This document shows positions 1 through 8,532 of a stretch of DNA of 64,000 nt, piece by piece. A model generated the notes under the pieces. It made no database searches, was not told the origin of the DNA, and was given only the letters and a program-made list of their open reading frames with translations. Numbering within the stretch: position 1 is the first letter of the stretch; the number at the start of each line of letters is the position of its first letter. A program made the translations under genes and the position numbers. This DNA comes from Candidatus Saccharimonadota bacterium (GTDB taxonomy: Bacteria; Patescibacteriota; Saccharimonadia; Saccharimonadales; Saccharimonadaceae): positions 30,079-94,078 of the forward strand of contig JAUNOS010000001.1 of assembly GCA_030537075.1 (NCBI GenBank), read 5' to 3'.

Positions 1-79
1 CTAAAATCGTAGCGGCCAACTTGACTGTTAGCCGCTGATTGATCTTGTCAATGGTAGTCCTGACGCGCCCCATAGATCC

Positions 80-1957
80 TTACGCGTGTAGCTTCGCTTC
101 CTTTGGCAGCTTTGTGCCCTTGAGTACTTCGGCGACTGCTTCCTCTTCCAGCGTCTCATCCTTCAGCAGGGCCTCGGCCAGCTTGTCCAGATGAGATCGG
201 TTAGCCTTGAGCACCGCCATAGCGCGCTCCTTGGCTTCGTTGATCAGCTCGGCAACCTCTTGGTCGATCACCTTAGCAGTCTCGTCCGAATATGGTCGTT
301 CGCGCGTCATTTTGTCAAACATCAGCCCGCCATTATCCTCGTGGAAGACTTGGTCACGCAGACTCCTGCCCATGCCCTGCTCGATGACCATATCACGGGC
401 AATTTCAGTGGCTTTTCGCAGGTCAGAACCCGCGCCGGTGGTGATACCGTCGTCACCGTAGATGATCTGCTCGGCGATGCGCCCACCCATAGCCCGTGCC
501 AAAATATCCTTGAATTCGTAGACATTGGTGTAGCTTTTGTCTTCTGGCGGCAAGAACCAGGTCACACCACCAGTGCCGCCGCGCGGGATGATGGTCACCT
601 TGTGGACTGGGTCAGAGTCTGGCAAGACATGTCCGACGATGGCATGGCCCGCCTCGTGGTAGGCCGTCAGTTCTTTTTCCTTGTCATTCATCACCTTGGC
701 CTTGCGCTCAGGACCAATGGCCACCCGCTCAAACGCTTCAGTCAGCTCGTCGTTGGTAATCTTTTTCTTGTTGCAGCGCGCGGCGATGATGGCGGCTTCA
801 TTGGCGATATTCGCGAGGTCCGCACCGCTCGAGCCAGCTGTTTTGGCCGCTAATTTGTCCAGATTGACCGTCTCGTCCGTCGGCTTCTTCTTGAAATGCA
901 CCTTGAGGATGGCCTCGCGATCCTTACGCTCTGGCAGCGTGATATTAACCCGGCGATCAAACCGCCCAGGACGCAGCAAGGCTGGGTCCAGCACATCGGC
1001 CCGGTTGGTGGCCGCCAGCACAATGACGTTCGTGTCGCCATCAAAGCCGTCCATCTCCACCAAAATCTGGTTTAGGGTCTGTTCCCGCTCGTCGTGACCG
1101 CCGCCCATACCAGAACCGCGCTTGCGGCCCACCGCGTCGATCTCATCGATGAAAATGATACATGGGGCATTTTTCTTGGCTTTTGAGAACAGGTCGCGAA
1201 CGCGTGAGGCACCGACACCGACAAACATCTCAACGAATTCCGAGCCAGAGATAGAGAAGAATGGCACGCCAGCCTCGCCCGCCACCGCGCGCGCCAGCAT
1301 GGTTTTACCGGTACCAGGATGACCTACCAGCAGCACGCCCTTCGGAATCTTGGCGCCCAGCTCCTGATATTTTTTCGGATGTTTCAAAAAGTCCACCACC
1401 TCGTGCAAATCCTGCTTGGCATTGTCATTGCCCGCGATGTCCTCGAACAGCACTTTTTCCTTGTCTTCGCCATACAGCCGCGCCTTTGACTTACCAAAGC
1501 CCATCGCCTGGTTGTTCTGGCCTTGGGCCTGCCGCATCATAAACATAAAGAAGATCACGATGATCACTACTGGGATAATCATCACCGCCAGGTTCCACAT
1601 CACCTCGCCAGTCTGCGACTGCGGCACCGGCTCGACCGTCGTCACGCCCTGTTTTAGGCCCTGCTCATAAATGGTACTTCCTGCTTCCTTGAATGACTTT
1701 TCAGTTGGCTTGTCCTGATCTTTCGTGGTAATGCGCAGGTCATTGCCCTGAATTTCAATTTTCTTAATTTCGCCCTTATTCGCCCGGCTGATGACATCAC
1801 TCAGCGGCACCGATTTTAGCGCGCTGCCCTGACTCATCGCCGCATATACCGCAAGGCCCATAAATATCACGATCGCCCAAAACACACCTGTTTTCGCGAC
1901 TTTGCCAGCACCCTTCTTGTCATTCTTCTTCGGCATCTTTACCGCCATAAATTCCAA
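80..1957 (-). CDS. ftsH: ATP-dependent zinc metalloprotease FtsH
   Basis: 625-aa ORF with N-terminal TM segments, an AAA+ Walker A (GHPGTGKT) and second-region-of-homology motifs, and a C-terminal HEAGH zinc-protease motif. Confidence 0.95.
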   Translation of the reverse strand: MEFMAVKMPKKNDKKGAGKVAKTGVFWAIVIFMGLAVYAAMSQGSALKSVPLSDVISRANKGEIKKIEIQGNDLRITTKDQDKPTEKSFKEAGSTIYEQGLKQGVTTVEPVPQSQTGEVMWNLAVMIIPVVIIVIFFMFMMRQAQGQNNQAMGFGKSKARLYGEDKEKVLFEDIAGNDNAKQDLHEVVDFLKHPKKYQELGAKIPKGVLLVGHPGTGKTMLARAVAGEAGVPFFSISGSEFVEMFVGVGASRVRDLFSKAKKNAPCIIFIDEIDAVGRKRGSGMGGGHDEREQTLNQILVEMDGFDGDTNVIVLAATNRADVLDPALLRPGRFDRRVNITLPERKDREAILKVHFKKKPTDETVNLDKLAAKTAGSSGADLANIANEAAIIAARCNKKKITNDELTEAFERVAIGPERKAKVMNDKEKELTAYHEAGHAIVGHVLPDSDPVHKVTIIPRGGTGGVTWFLPPEDKSYTNVYEFKDILARAMGGRIAEQIIYGDDGITTGAGSDLRKATEIARDMVIEQGMGRSLRDQVFHEDNGGLMFDKMTRERPYSDETAKVIDQEVAELINEAKERAMAVLKANRSHLDKLAEALLKDETLEEEAVAEVLKGTKLPKEAKLHA

Positions 1958-1969
1958 AATCCTTTCTGT

Positions 1970-2812
1970 CTAGTCAACTCGTTTGATTATACCACTTTTC
2001 AATGACAATTTCATCTCCACCCCACGGGCCAGCTGCCACGTGGTACCCACACGGCCAGTTCTGAGCGCCATCACACCACGCTCCAGCTGCCCCGCCATCA
2101 GCGACACGCCGGTCTGCTGCCAAACAAAGCGGTGTAGCAGTTCGCCGGCCGTCACCAAGTCAATCTGGCTCATCCCATAGCGACTCATCGCTAGACTCTG
2201 GAGACGATCACACTCCCTGGTGATCTGTTTTTTCAGCACGCATTGCTGCCGCCACAGCGCCACTACCGCATCTCGCTGCGCTGGCGTACACTCGCGAAAA
2301 AGGCGCCGGCGCAGCTGATTTCGCACATACTTATCCGAGTAATTCGTCGCATCCTCGACCCACTCCAGATGATGATCCATCGCATACTCATAGATCTGCT
2401 GCTTCGTCCAAGACAGCAGCGGGCGTGCAATCCGCTCATCACTCATCGCCGCCAGCCCCCGCCAGCGCGTGCCGCGCCGCAGGTTCAGCGCCACCGTCTC
2501 CACCACGTCATCCGCATGATGCGCTGTCACCACCCGGGCATCATGCCGCTGAGCCATGGCAAACAAAAAATCATACCGCGCCTGGCGCGCCACCTCTTCA
2601 CTAGCAGCCTCGCCCAGCGCCGCCCGATGCTCCTCATATGGCAGCCCATAGTACTCAGCCAGCCCCGCCACGAACCGCGCATCCGCGTCCGCCTCAGGGC
2701 GCATCCCGTGATTGACATGGGCCACCACCAACCGGTGCCGACCCGCTCGCACCAACTGATGCAATAGCACCACACTGTCCACCCCGCCAGACACCGCCAC
2801 GATATAGTTCAT
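1970..2812 (-). CDS. tilS: tRNA(Ile)-lysidine synthetase (short form)
   Basis: N-terminal PP-loop SGGVDS in an N-type ATP pyrophosphatase fold. At 280 aa it lacks the long C-terminal domain of E. coli TilS. Confidence 0.85.
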   Translation of the reverse strand: MNYIVAVSGGVDSVVLLHQLVRAGRHRLVVAHVNHGMRPEADADARFVAGLAEYYGLPYEEHRAALGEAASEEVARQARYDFLFAMAQRHDARVVTAHHADDVVETVALNLRRGTRWRGLAAMSDERIARPLLSWTKQQIYEYAMDHHLEWVEDATNYSDKYVRNQLRRRLFRECTPAQRDAVVALWRQQCVLKKQITRECDRLQSLAMSRYGMSQIDLVTAGELLHRFVWQQTGVSLMAGQLERGVMALRTGRVGTTWQLARGVEMKLSLKSGIIKRVD

Positions 2813-2848
2813 AGGGGTATTATCTCACAACTTTGAACAATTGGAGAC

Positions 2849-2872
2849 GTAGTAGTAGTAGTAGTAGTAGTA
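2849..2872. repeat. (GTA)8 trinucleotide microsatellite
   Basis: Eight perfect tandem GTA units read directly from the sequence. They sit in the divergent intergenic region between tilS and the downstream ORF, abutting a -35 box. Confidence 0.95.
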
Positions 2873-2875
2873 CAT

Positions 2876-2904
2876 TTGACAATTAAGATAAATTTTGCTA
2901 TAAT
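2876..2904 (+). promoter_or_regulatory. sigma70-like promoter (TTGACA, 17-nt spacer, TATAAT)
   Basis: Perfect consensus -35 TTGACA (2876-2881) and -10 TATAAT (2899-2904) separated by exactly 17 nt. Confidence 0.6.
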
Positions 2905-3475
2905 ATATGTTACGGCACTAGAGATCTACGAACCACACAACCTCTGCCAAGGGGAGATTAGTGATACTTTCTGTCAACTGTTTCGCGAGGCTTACGGTGA
3001 CACATACCGGGGCGATGCGGCGCTTTTACGCAAACTGGGCGAAGCATCAGTCGGCATTCTCCGACTCACTGAAAACCGAGTGGACGCGGGGTGTGTCGTA
3101 GGCGCCGGTGGCCGTATTACCACCATAGGAACAGCGCCCGGTCACATCGTTAGCCGATTCAACCGCATGGTATCGTTCTTAGAAGAGGTTCGCGACAAAG
3201 AATGCGCGACTTGGATTTCTATTGGCCTTCAATACGACCGGATGCAGCAAGCAGCTCGACAAGCTGGCTTTACCCCATTACATGACGGCCATCAAGCTCT
3301 CGCGCTCGTAAAAGATACAGGTGAACTTGATAGATATCGCATTACGGCAGGCGGTAACGATCCTGTTATTCTTGAGAAAAACGGGTATAATCAACATATA
3401 TGGACACCTCGGCAACACCACTCACCATCCTCTGCTACGGCGACTCCAACACCTACGGTCAACTGCCAGATATGA
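2876..3475 (+). CDS. hypothetical protein, start uncertain
   Basis: 199-aa open frame whose annotated start lies inside the predicted promoter. No canonical in-frame start follows the predicted TSS, and the frame overlaps the next gene by 76 nt. It may start at a non-canonical codon, be frameshifted, or be non-coding leader. Confidence 0.25.
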   Translation: MTIKINFAIIYVTALEIYEPHNLCQGEISDTFCQLFREAYGDTYRGDAALLRKLGEASVGILRLTENRVDAGCVVGAGGRITTIGTAPGHIVSRFNRMVSFLEEVRDKECATWISIGLQYDRMQQAARQAGFTPLHDGHQALALVKDTGELDRYRITAGGNDPVILEKNGYNQHIWTPRQHHSPSSATATPTPTVNCQI

Positions 3476-4059
3476 AGGCGCGCTTTGACCAGGCTATCCG
3501 CTGGCCGCGCGTCCTGCAACAACTCCTGCCTGACAGCTATGTCATTGAAGAAGGCCTGGGCGGTCGCCTTACCAATCTCAACCATCCCGACCCGCTCAAG
3601 GTGTCAAAAAATGGCTGGCTGTATTTCCCGCCATGCCTGGCGAGTCACAACCCCGACCTTGCCATCATCATGCTTGGCACCAACGACGCGCAGCGATATT
3701 ATCACCGAAGTGCCGCCGACATCGCAGCGGCAGTTTTCACCTATGTCGATTACTGCCTTGAACATGGCACCACTCCACTGGTCGTTGCACCAGTTCGCCC
3801 CAACCCCGCGGGACTATTCGACGAAACCATTATGCCGCGCGAGCTGTGGAATTTTGATGACCAGTCAATCGACGTCCTCAATGCACTCCCCACAGCACTC
3901 GAAACATTAGCCGCTCAGCACCACATCACCTTTTTTGATGCCAATAGCTGCGCCGCGCCAGGAGCAGACGGACTTCACTGGACTGCCGAGAGCCACCAGG
4001 TCTTCGCCGCTGAACTTGCTAAACTCATTACAACCCTACCGCTCGCAAAAAGCATTTGA
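3400..4059 (+). CDS. SGNH/GDSL-family hydrolase (lipase/esterase)
   Basis: N-terminal block I motif ILCYGDSNTYG containing the catalytic Ser, followed by the LGTND block. Typical SGNH-hydrolase length of 219 aa. Confidence 0.8.
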   Translation: MDTSATPLTILCYGDSNTYGQLPDMKARFDQAIRWPRVLQQLLPDSYVIEEGLGGRLTNLNHPDPLKVSKNGWLYFPPCLASHNPDLAIIMLGTNDAQRYYHRSAADIAAAVFTYVDYCLEHGTTPLVVAPVRPNPAGLFDETIMPRELWNFDDQSIDVLNALPTALETLAAQHHITFFDANSCAAPGADGLHWTAESHQVFAAELAKLITTLPLAKSI

Positions 4060-4095
4060 AAAATCTATTTTCATCTGATACAATACAACTCACGT

Positions 4096-4172
4096 GGCAC
4101 CGTAGCTCAGCTGGTTAGAGCGCAGGACTCATAAGCCTGAGGTCGGTGGTTCGGGTCCACCCGGTGCTACCA
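4096..4172 (+). tRNA. tRNA-Met (CAU), elongator type
   Basis: Cloverleaf with acceptor GGCACCG/CGGUGCU, anticodon loop CUCAUAA, T-arm GGTTCGGGTCC and an encoded CCA. Overall similar to bacterial elongator tRNA-Met. Confidence 0.85.
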
Positions 4173-4185
4173 AAGCTGGAGAATC

Positions 4186-4221
4186 AAAAAACTTCGAAGC
4201 AAATTTGCTCGAAGTTTTTTT
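4186..4221 (+). terminator. rho-independent terminator after tRNA-Met
   Basis: Imperfect hairpin AACTTCGAAGCAAA/TTTGCTCGAAGTT followed by a T7 run. Confidence 0.6.
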
Positions 4222-4268
4222 AATTGTCAAGAAAAGGAGAGAAATGACAATGACCTTACTAGACCAGC

Positions 4269-4427
4269 CTAAAATGCGAACTCATCATCAACTTCATCCA
4301 ACGCCGCCAGCCGCCGCGCCACAAACGACCCCAGCTCATCAGTCGTGCGCTGGCGCTGCCACGTTGCCAGCTCCTGATTTTTGGTTGCCTCTAAAAATTG
4401 CGCCAGTTCGCGCTCGCTGATTTCCAT
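4269..4427 (-). CDS. small hypothetical protein (52 aa)
   Basis: Internal ATG at 4427 preceded by an AGGAG ribosome-binding site. Acidic and helical-looking. The longer upstream extension in the ORF track has no RBS. Confidence 0.3.
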   Translation of the reverse strand: MEISERELAQFLEATKNQELATWQRQRTTDELGSFVARRLAALDEVDDEFAF

Positions 4428-4577
4428 AGCTGCTCCTTTTTTGTGTTGACAATTGGTATCAATGAACCTACTTTTATAATAGCACAGAATTGACAAAAAA
4501 GCAATAGCTTTATGGCAAAATCTTTCCCTTTTCAAACCGCCTATGCTACACTGGTAAGAGAGGATTTTTAGACAAAC

Positions 4578-5309
4578 ATGACCCCCGTAATTATCTCATC
4601 TCTGGCCATCATCGTCTTTGCGGCACTGATTCACGCGAGTTTTCAATTGAGCGTGAGCGTTTTGACACTGCTCAGCGGACATTCCTTGGGTAAAAAAACC
4701 GCTCACCGCAAAGTACTGCGCCTTATCAACAGCTTCTTATGCGGCGCTTTCCTCATTACTGCGCTATTCATCTCGGCCAGCGTGTACTACCTGTCGCTCC
4801 TCATCAACCACGTCGCCAAAACCGAGCAGCTTGTGGCCTCTGTCACCTGCGGACTCATGGTCGGCCTCGGCATCGCCACTTGGGCCTTTTACTACCGGCG
4901 CGGCAACGGTACCGCCCTGTGGCTACCGCGTGGTTTTGCTGATTACCTCTCAAAGCGTTCAAAGGCCACCAAAAGCAGTGCCGAGGCGTTCGCACTCGGG
5001 CTGACCAGCGTCATCGCTGAGCTTCTCTTTATCATCGGTCCACTGCTTACCGCCACCCTCGCCATCATCACCCTGCCGACCATCGAATGGCGTCTTATCG
5101 GCATCCTGCTCTACCTCATTATCTCCATGCTGTCACTCTTGATTATCGCCGGCCTCGTCGGCAGCGGCCACAGCATCGCTCGCTTGCAAAAATGGCGCGT
5201 CGCGCATAAACGCTTTTTACAATTCACCGCTGGGGCCAGCCTTATTATTCTCTCGGCCTTTTTGTTTGCCGACCGCGTACTAGGTTTTAACGTGTACGGA
5301 GGATTTTAA
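4578..5309 (+). CDS. polytopic membrane protein (hypothetical)
   Basis: 243 aa with about 6 hydrophobic helices. No recognisable catalytic motif. Confidence 0.55.
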   Translation: MTPVIISSLAIIVFAALIHASFQLSVSVLTLLSGHSLGKKTAHRKVLRLINSFLCGAFLITALFISASVYYLSLLINHVAKTEQLVASVTCGLMVGLGIATWAFYYRRGNGTALWLPRGFADYLSKRSKATKSSAEAFALGLTSVIAELLFIIGPLLTATLAIITLPTIEWRLIGILLYLIISMLSLLIIAGLVGSGHSIARLQKWRVAHKRFLQFTAGASLIILSAFLFADRVLGFNVYGGF

Positions 5310-5594
5310 ATGACCAGCGAACGTATCGACATCGTCAAGCGCGGGCGCCGCCCAAATGAAGAATTTAGCCCTGACAAGCTTCACGCCTCCATCCTCATGA
5401 CCTGCCGCAGTCTGCGCACACCCGAAGGTCAGGCTGAAGACATCGCCAAGTCAGTCACCTTGGGCGTCATGCACTGGTGTCGGACGCGGCCCGAAATTAC
5501 CTCAAGTGACATTCGCCGCCAGGCTGGGAAGCTACTGTCACCGCTCCACCCCGATGCAGCATTTTTATATAACCACCACAAAACGATGATCTAG
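5310..5594 (+). CDS. stand-alone ATP-cone domain protein
   Basis: The 94-aa ORF starts at the ATG of a TAAATG junction with the upstream gene stop. The N-terminus (IVKRGRRPNEEFSPDKLHASI) fits the ATP-cone pattern V-KRDG--E-F---KI--SI. Confidence 0.45.
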   Translation: MTSERIDIVKRGRRPNEEFSPDKLHASILMTCRSLRTPEGQAEDIAKSVTLGVMHWCRTRPEITSSDIRRQAGKLLSPLHPDAAFLYNHHKTMI

Positions 5595-5602
5595 GAGGCA
5601 CT

Positions 5603-6976
5603 ATGGCACAAAAACCAACATTCGACTACGACATAATCATTATCGGCAGCGGCGCTGGTGGCGCACCGGCAGCGAGCATCCTCGCCCGTGCCGGCAAAAA
5701 GGTCGCTATCGTCGAAAAAGCAACGTTCGGGGGCGAATCTCCCAACTGGGGCGATATCCCGACGGGCGCACTCCTCCATGCAGCTGGAGTCTACCATGAA
5801 GCGAAAATCTCCGCCAAATTCGGCCTGCGTACTGCCGCGGTGGGCTACAACTATCCATCGCTCCTCGCCTGGAAAGACACCGCCATCAAGCGCACAGGTG
5901 CTGGTGGCAATCGTCGCTACTATGAAAAGCAAGATATCAGCGTCTTTGCGGGGGCTGCTCACTTCCTTAGCCCAAATGAAATCACCGTGAGCCGCCGCCA
6001 CCTCTCGGCTCGCAAATTTCTCATCGCAACTGGCTCGACGTGGCATTTGCCGAACATCGCCGGTCTTGATGAAACGCCGTATCACACCCCTCAGACCATC
6101 CTCGGCCTCACGCGGCCGCCGAAAACGCTCTGTATCATCGGCTCCGGCATCACCGCCATCGAACTGGCACACCTATTCTCTACCTTTGGCACGAAGGTCT
6201 ACCTCATCGAGACTGCAGCGCGCATCCTGCCTGAGTTTGACCAAGAAGTGGGCGAGCTCATCGCCGCCGAAGGCAAGGCGCACCGCGGCATCACCACGCT
6301 GACCCAAGCGAAGGTCATCGCCATCCAGAAAGATAGCATCGCGCGGCGCGTCACCTACGTTAAGGGGCGCCAAGAGCACTCACTGCGTGTCGATGAAATT
6401 CTTATCGCGGATAATCGCCTACCGACTACTGACCTGGGGCTGGAGAATGCTGGCGTGGCGTACGATGAACATGGCATCCAGACAAACCAACACCTGCAGA
6501 CCTCGGCCAGGCATATCTTTGCTGCTGGCAGTGTCGTCGATATTCACGCCCAAACCCATACCATCCTCAGTCACAGCCGGACTGCCGCACACAACATGCT
6601 ACACCGCAACATGATAGCCCTCGACGACAGCCCGGCTCTAAAAGTAGCCTTTACGAGCCCGCAGATTGCACAGACTGGACTGAGCGAAGACGACTGCCTA
6701 CGTCGTGATCTAAAGACAAATATCGCGGTGGCGCCACTGACGCTGACGGCCCGCAGCAATATCACCGACCATCGCACAGGATTTATCAAGCTTATCAGCG
6801 ACAAAAAGGGCGTCCTGATCGGCGCCGCCATCGTCGGCCCGAATGCCAGCGACCTTATCACCGAGCTCACCCTCGCCATCCGCCATGAACTCACCGCAAA
6901 GCAATTGATGATGACACCGCACTGCTTCACCGCCTGGTCGGAAGCCATCCGCATCGCCGCTGGTAAACTACTCTAA
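5603..6976 (+). CDS. FAD-dependent pyridine nucleotide-disulfide oxidoreductase (Lpd-like), lacking the redox-active Cys pair
   Basis: GSGAGG FAD-binding site plus a second Rossmann motif (GSGITAIE) and a C-terminal dimerisation domain. The canonical GGTCLNVGCIP segment is replaced by GGESPNWGDIP, so both active-site cysteines are absent. Confidence 0.8.
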   Translation: MAQKPTFDYDIIIIGSGAGGAPAASILARAGKKVAIVEKATFGGESPNWGDIPTGALLHAAGVYHEAKISAKFGLRTAAVGYNYPSLLAWKDTAIKRTGAGGNRRYYEKQDISVFAGAAHFLSPNEITVSRRHLSARKFLIATGSTWHLPNIAGLDETPYHTPQTILGLTRPPKTLCIIGSGITAIELAHLFSTFGTKVYLIETAARILPEFDQEVGELIAAEGKAHRGITTLTQAKVIAIQKDSIARRVTYVKGRQEHSLRVDEILIADNRLPTTDLGLENAGVAYDEHGIQTNQHLQTSARHIFAAGSVVDIHAQTHTILSHSRTAAHNMLHRNMIALDDSPALKVAFTSPQIAQTGLSEDDCLRRDLKTNIAVAPLTLTARSNITDHRTGFIKLISDKKGVLIGAAIVGPNASDLITELTLAIRHELTAKQLMMTPHCFTAWSEAIRIAAGKLL

Positions 6977-6998
6977 CCTGGGGTATAATACCAGGTGC

Positions 6999-7074
6999 GG
7001 GGGCGTAGCTCAGTGGTCAGAGCAGCGGGCTCATAACCTGTTGGTCGCTGGTTCAAGTCCAGCCGCCCCCACCA
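6999..7074 (+). tRNA. tRNA with CAU anticodon, probable tRNA-Ile2 (lysidine-modified)
   Basis: Cloverleaf with acceptor GGGGGCG/CGCCCCC and anticodon loop CUCAUAA. The variable and T-arm region UUGGUCGCUGGUUCAAGUCCAGC is essentially identical to E. coli ileX (tRNA-Ile2) as I recall it. The tRNA assignment is confident; the Ile2-versus-Met assignment is moderate. Confidence 0.6.
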
Positions 7075-7086
7075 CGTGAAACGTCT

Positions 7087-7545
7087 ATGAAACTCCCCCA
7101 TCTAACCATTGATTCGACCTCTGTTAAGCGCCTCATTTACCGTCTGCGGCGTGATTATCTCACCCTGAACAACATCGTCATCGCCACCGCAGGCATCATC
7201 GCTCTGAGCTGGATCTGGGGGTCAATTGAGTCAATGCAGCGAAATTATGAACTACAGCAGCTGGTGGACCAAAAAAAGTATCAAGTAGCCGTCGAAAATC
7301 TGAAAACAACACTGCTCGAATACGAGTCGAAATATTACCAAAGCGACGAATACCTCGACCTCGCAGTGCGCCAACGCATGAACCGAGCTTCGCCAGGCGA
7401 AAAACTACTCATCGTACCCTCTACCGACACCGCTCCTGCCAAACCCATCACCGCCACCTCCGAAAAGCAAGAAACCAGCAACTTCCAGCAGTGGATGAAC
7501 TTTTTATTTGGTGTGAGGCGTGGCAGTAATGGAGTAGTGGAATAG
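7087..7545 (+). CDS. FtsB/DivIC-like septum formation initiator family protein (tentative)
   Basis: 152 aa with a single N-terminal TM helix followed by a coiled-coil segment. Confidence 0.4.
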   Translation: MKLPHLTIDSTSVKRLIYRLRRDYLTLNNIVIATAGIIALSWIWGSIESMQRNYELQQLVDQKKYQVAVENLKTTLLEYESKYYQSDEYLDLAVRQRMNRASPGEKLLIVPSTDTAPAKPITATSEKQETSNFQQWMNFLFGVRRGSNGVVE

Positions 7546-7597
7546 CACCACGTCTACGCGTGGATGCCGGGGAGATAGGGCCGGCCTACAGGACGCG

Positions 7598-7966
7598 CTA
7601 CGCCGCCCGTGGCGTCAGTCCCTGGATAGCTTCCAGCGCCGCCACACGCTTCTCCAGCTTGCGCAGCTCTTCACCCTGAGTACGGTCTACGTGTGCACGC
7701 GACCCTTCCTCCAAGAAGAGTCGTCGCTCCAACCCAGCGATGTCTGCCCGGATCTCCTTCTGCCCGCCACCCCAGATCTCCTTCTGCCCGCCACTCAAGC
7801 CATCCATCCGGCTCTCCAGCCGGTCGAACCGCTCCTCAAACCGCAGCTCCATGTCCTTGATGAGGTCGCGGGTGACTTGGTTGGCCTCTTCGAGGCTTTC
7901 GAATCTTTCGTCCATACCGTCGAGCCGCTGGTTTATTTTCCTGAGCTCTTGTAATACTTCTTCCAT
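7598..7966 (-). CDS. small coiled-coil protein with internal 8-aa tandem duplication
   Basis: Start at the internal ATG (7966) preceded by a GGAGA RBS. The heptad-rich sequence contains a duplicated GGQKEI motif encoded by a 24-bp tandem repeat. Confidence 0.5.
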   Translation of the reverse strand: MEEVLQELRKINQRLDGMDERFESLEEANQVTRDLIKDMELRFEERFDRLESRMDGLSGGQKEIWGGGQKEIRADIAGLERRLFLEEGSRAHVDRTQGEELRKLEKRVAALEAIQGLTPRAA

Positions 7967-8344
7967 ATTGCAAATCTCCGTATATCTATTTAACCACACT
8001 CCCCCATCTCCGACAACCATTTCACCCTGCAAACACAGCCTGGACAGCCGATGTTGGGGGAGCCGGAGCGGTTCTATGCGGCTGCGGTGCCTGCGGTGAG
8101 GCGGAAGTTGTTGGGGGCGTTCTTCTCCGGGATCTGGCTTGATGACGATGGGGAGGGGCCGTCGGTGGTGGTGGAGGAGCAGGATGTGGTGGCCCGGTTG
8201 CGTCGTGGGTGCGAAAAAGGCGCCGGGCGGGTGCCCGACGCCTTCTGCGTCGTACCTTCGGCTCAAGACCTGAAGGTCGATTGTTCGAACGAGCCGAACG
8301 TGGTAGGCCGTACGGGACGACGTTCGAACAAAGGCCCTGAGAAC

Positions 8345-8372
8345 GAAAAAAGACCTCAAGATCATGAGGTCA
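8345..8372 (-). terminator. rho-independent terminator of tRNA-fMet
   Basis: On the minus strand, a perfect 7-bp stem GACCTCA/TGAGGTC with a 6-nt loop, followed by a U6-7 tract. Confidence 0.7.
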
Positions 8373-8393
8373 GTTGTTCGAACGAGATCATCT

Positions 8394-8470
8394 TGGTTGC
8401 GGGGGTAGGATTTGAACCTACGACCTTTTGGTTATGAGCCAAACGAGCTACCAGGCTGCTCTACCCCGCG
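8394..8470 (-). tRNA. initiator tRNA-fMet (CAU)
   Basis: 5' CGCGGGG with a C1xA72 mismatch, an A11:U24 pair, anticodon loop CUCAUAA, and an encoded CCA. Confidence 0.85.
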
Positions 8471-8532
8471 CCACGATATCTATCATAGCAGACGAAGCGG
8501 AGAATTGCAAGGGGGCGGCTGAGCCGACTTCA

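Noticed and set aside
191-1670. Multiple antisense ORFs inside ftsH (191-853, 681-1097, 1261-1542 and others), and similar shadow ORFs inside recA, arcA and the crt genes.
   Set aside because: They lie entirely within strongly supported genes on the opposite strand. This is a typical GC-rich antisense open-frame artefact.
4205-4420. 71-aa Pro/Ala-rich plus-strand ORF after tRNA-Met.
   Set aside because: It overlaps the tRNA terminator, is low-complexity, and is antisense to a better-supported small ORF (AGGAG RBS).
7751-7798. Tandem 24-bp repeat considered as a possible mini-CRISPR or array.
   Set aside because: There are only two units with no spacers, and the repeat is in-frame within a coding sequence. 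It is a simple intragenic duplication.
8051-8437. 128-aa plus-strand ORF in the GC-rich region upstream of tRNA-fMet.
   Set aside because: It overlaps the tRNA-fMet gene and its terminator, has no RBS, and its composition is driven by GC-rich repeats. I treat it as non-coding.
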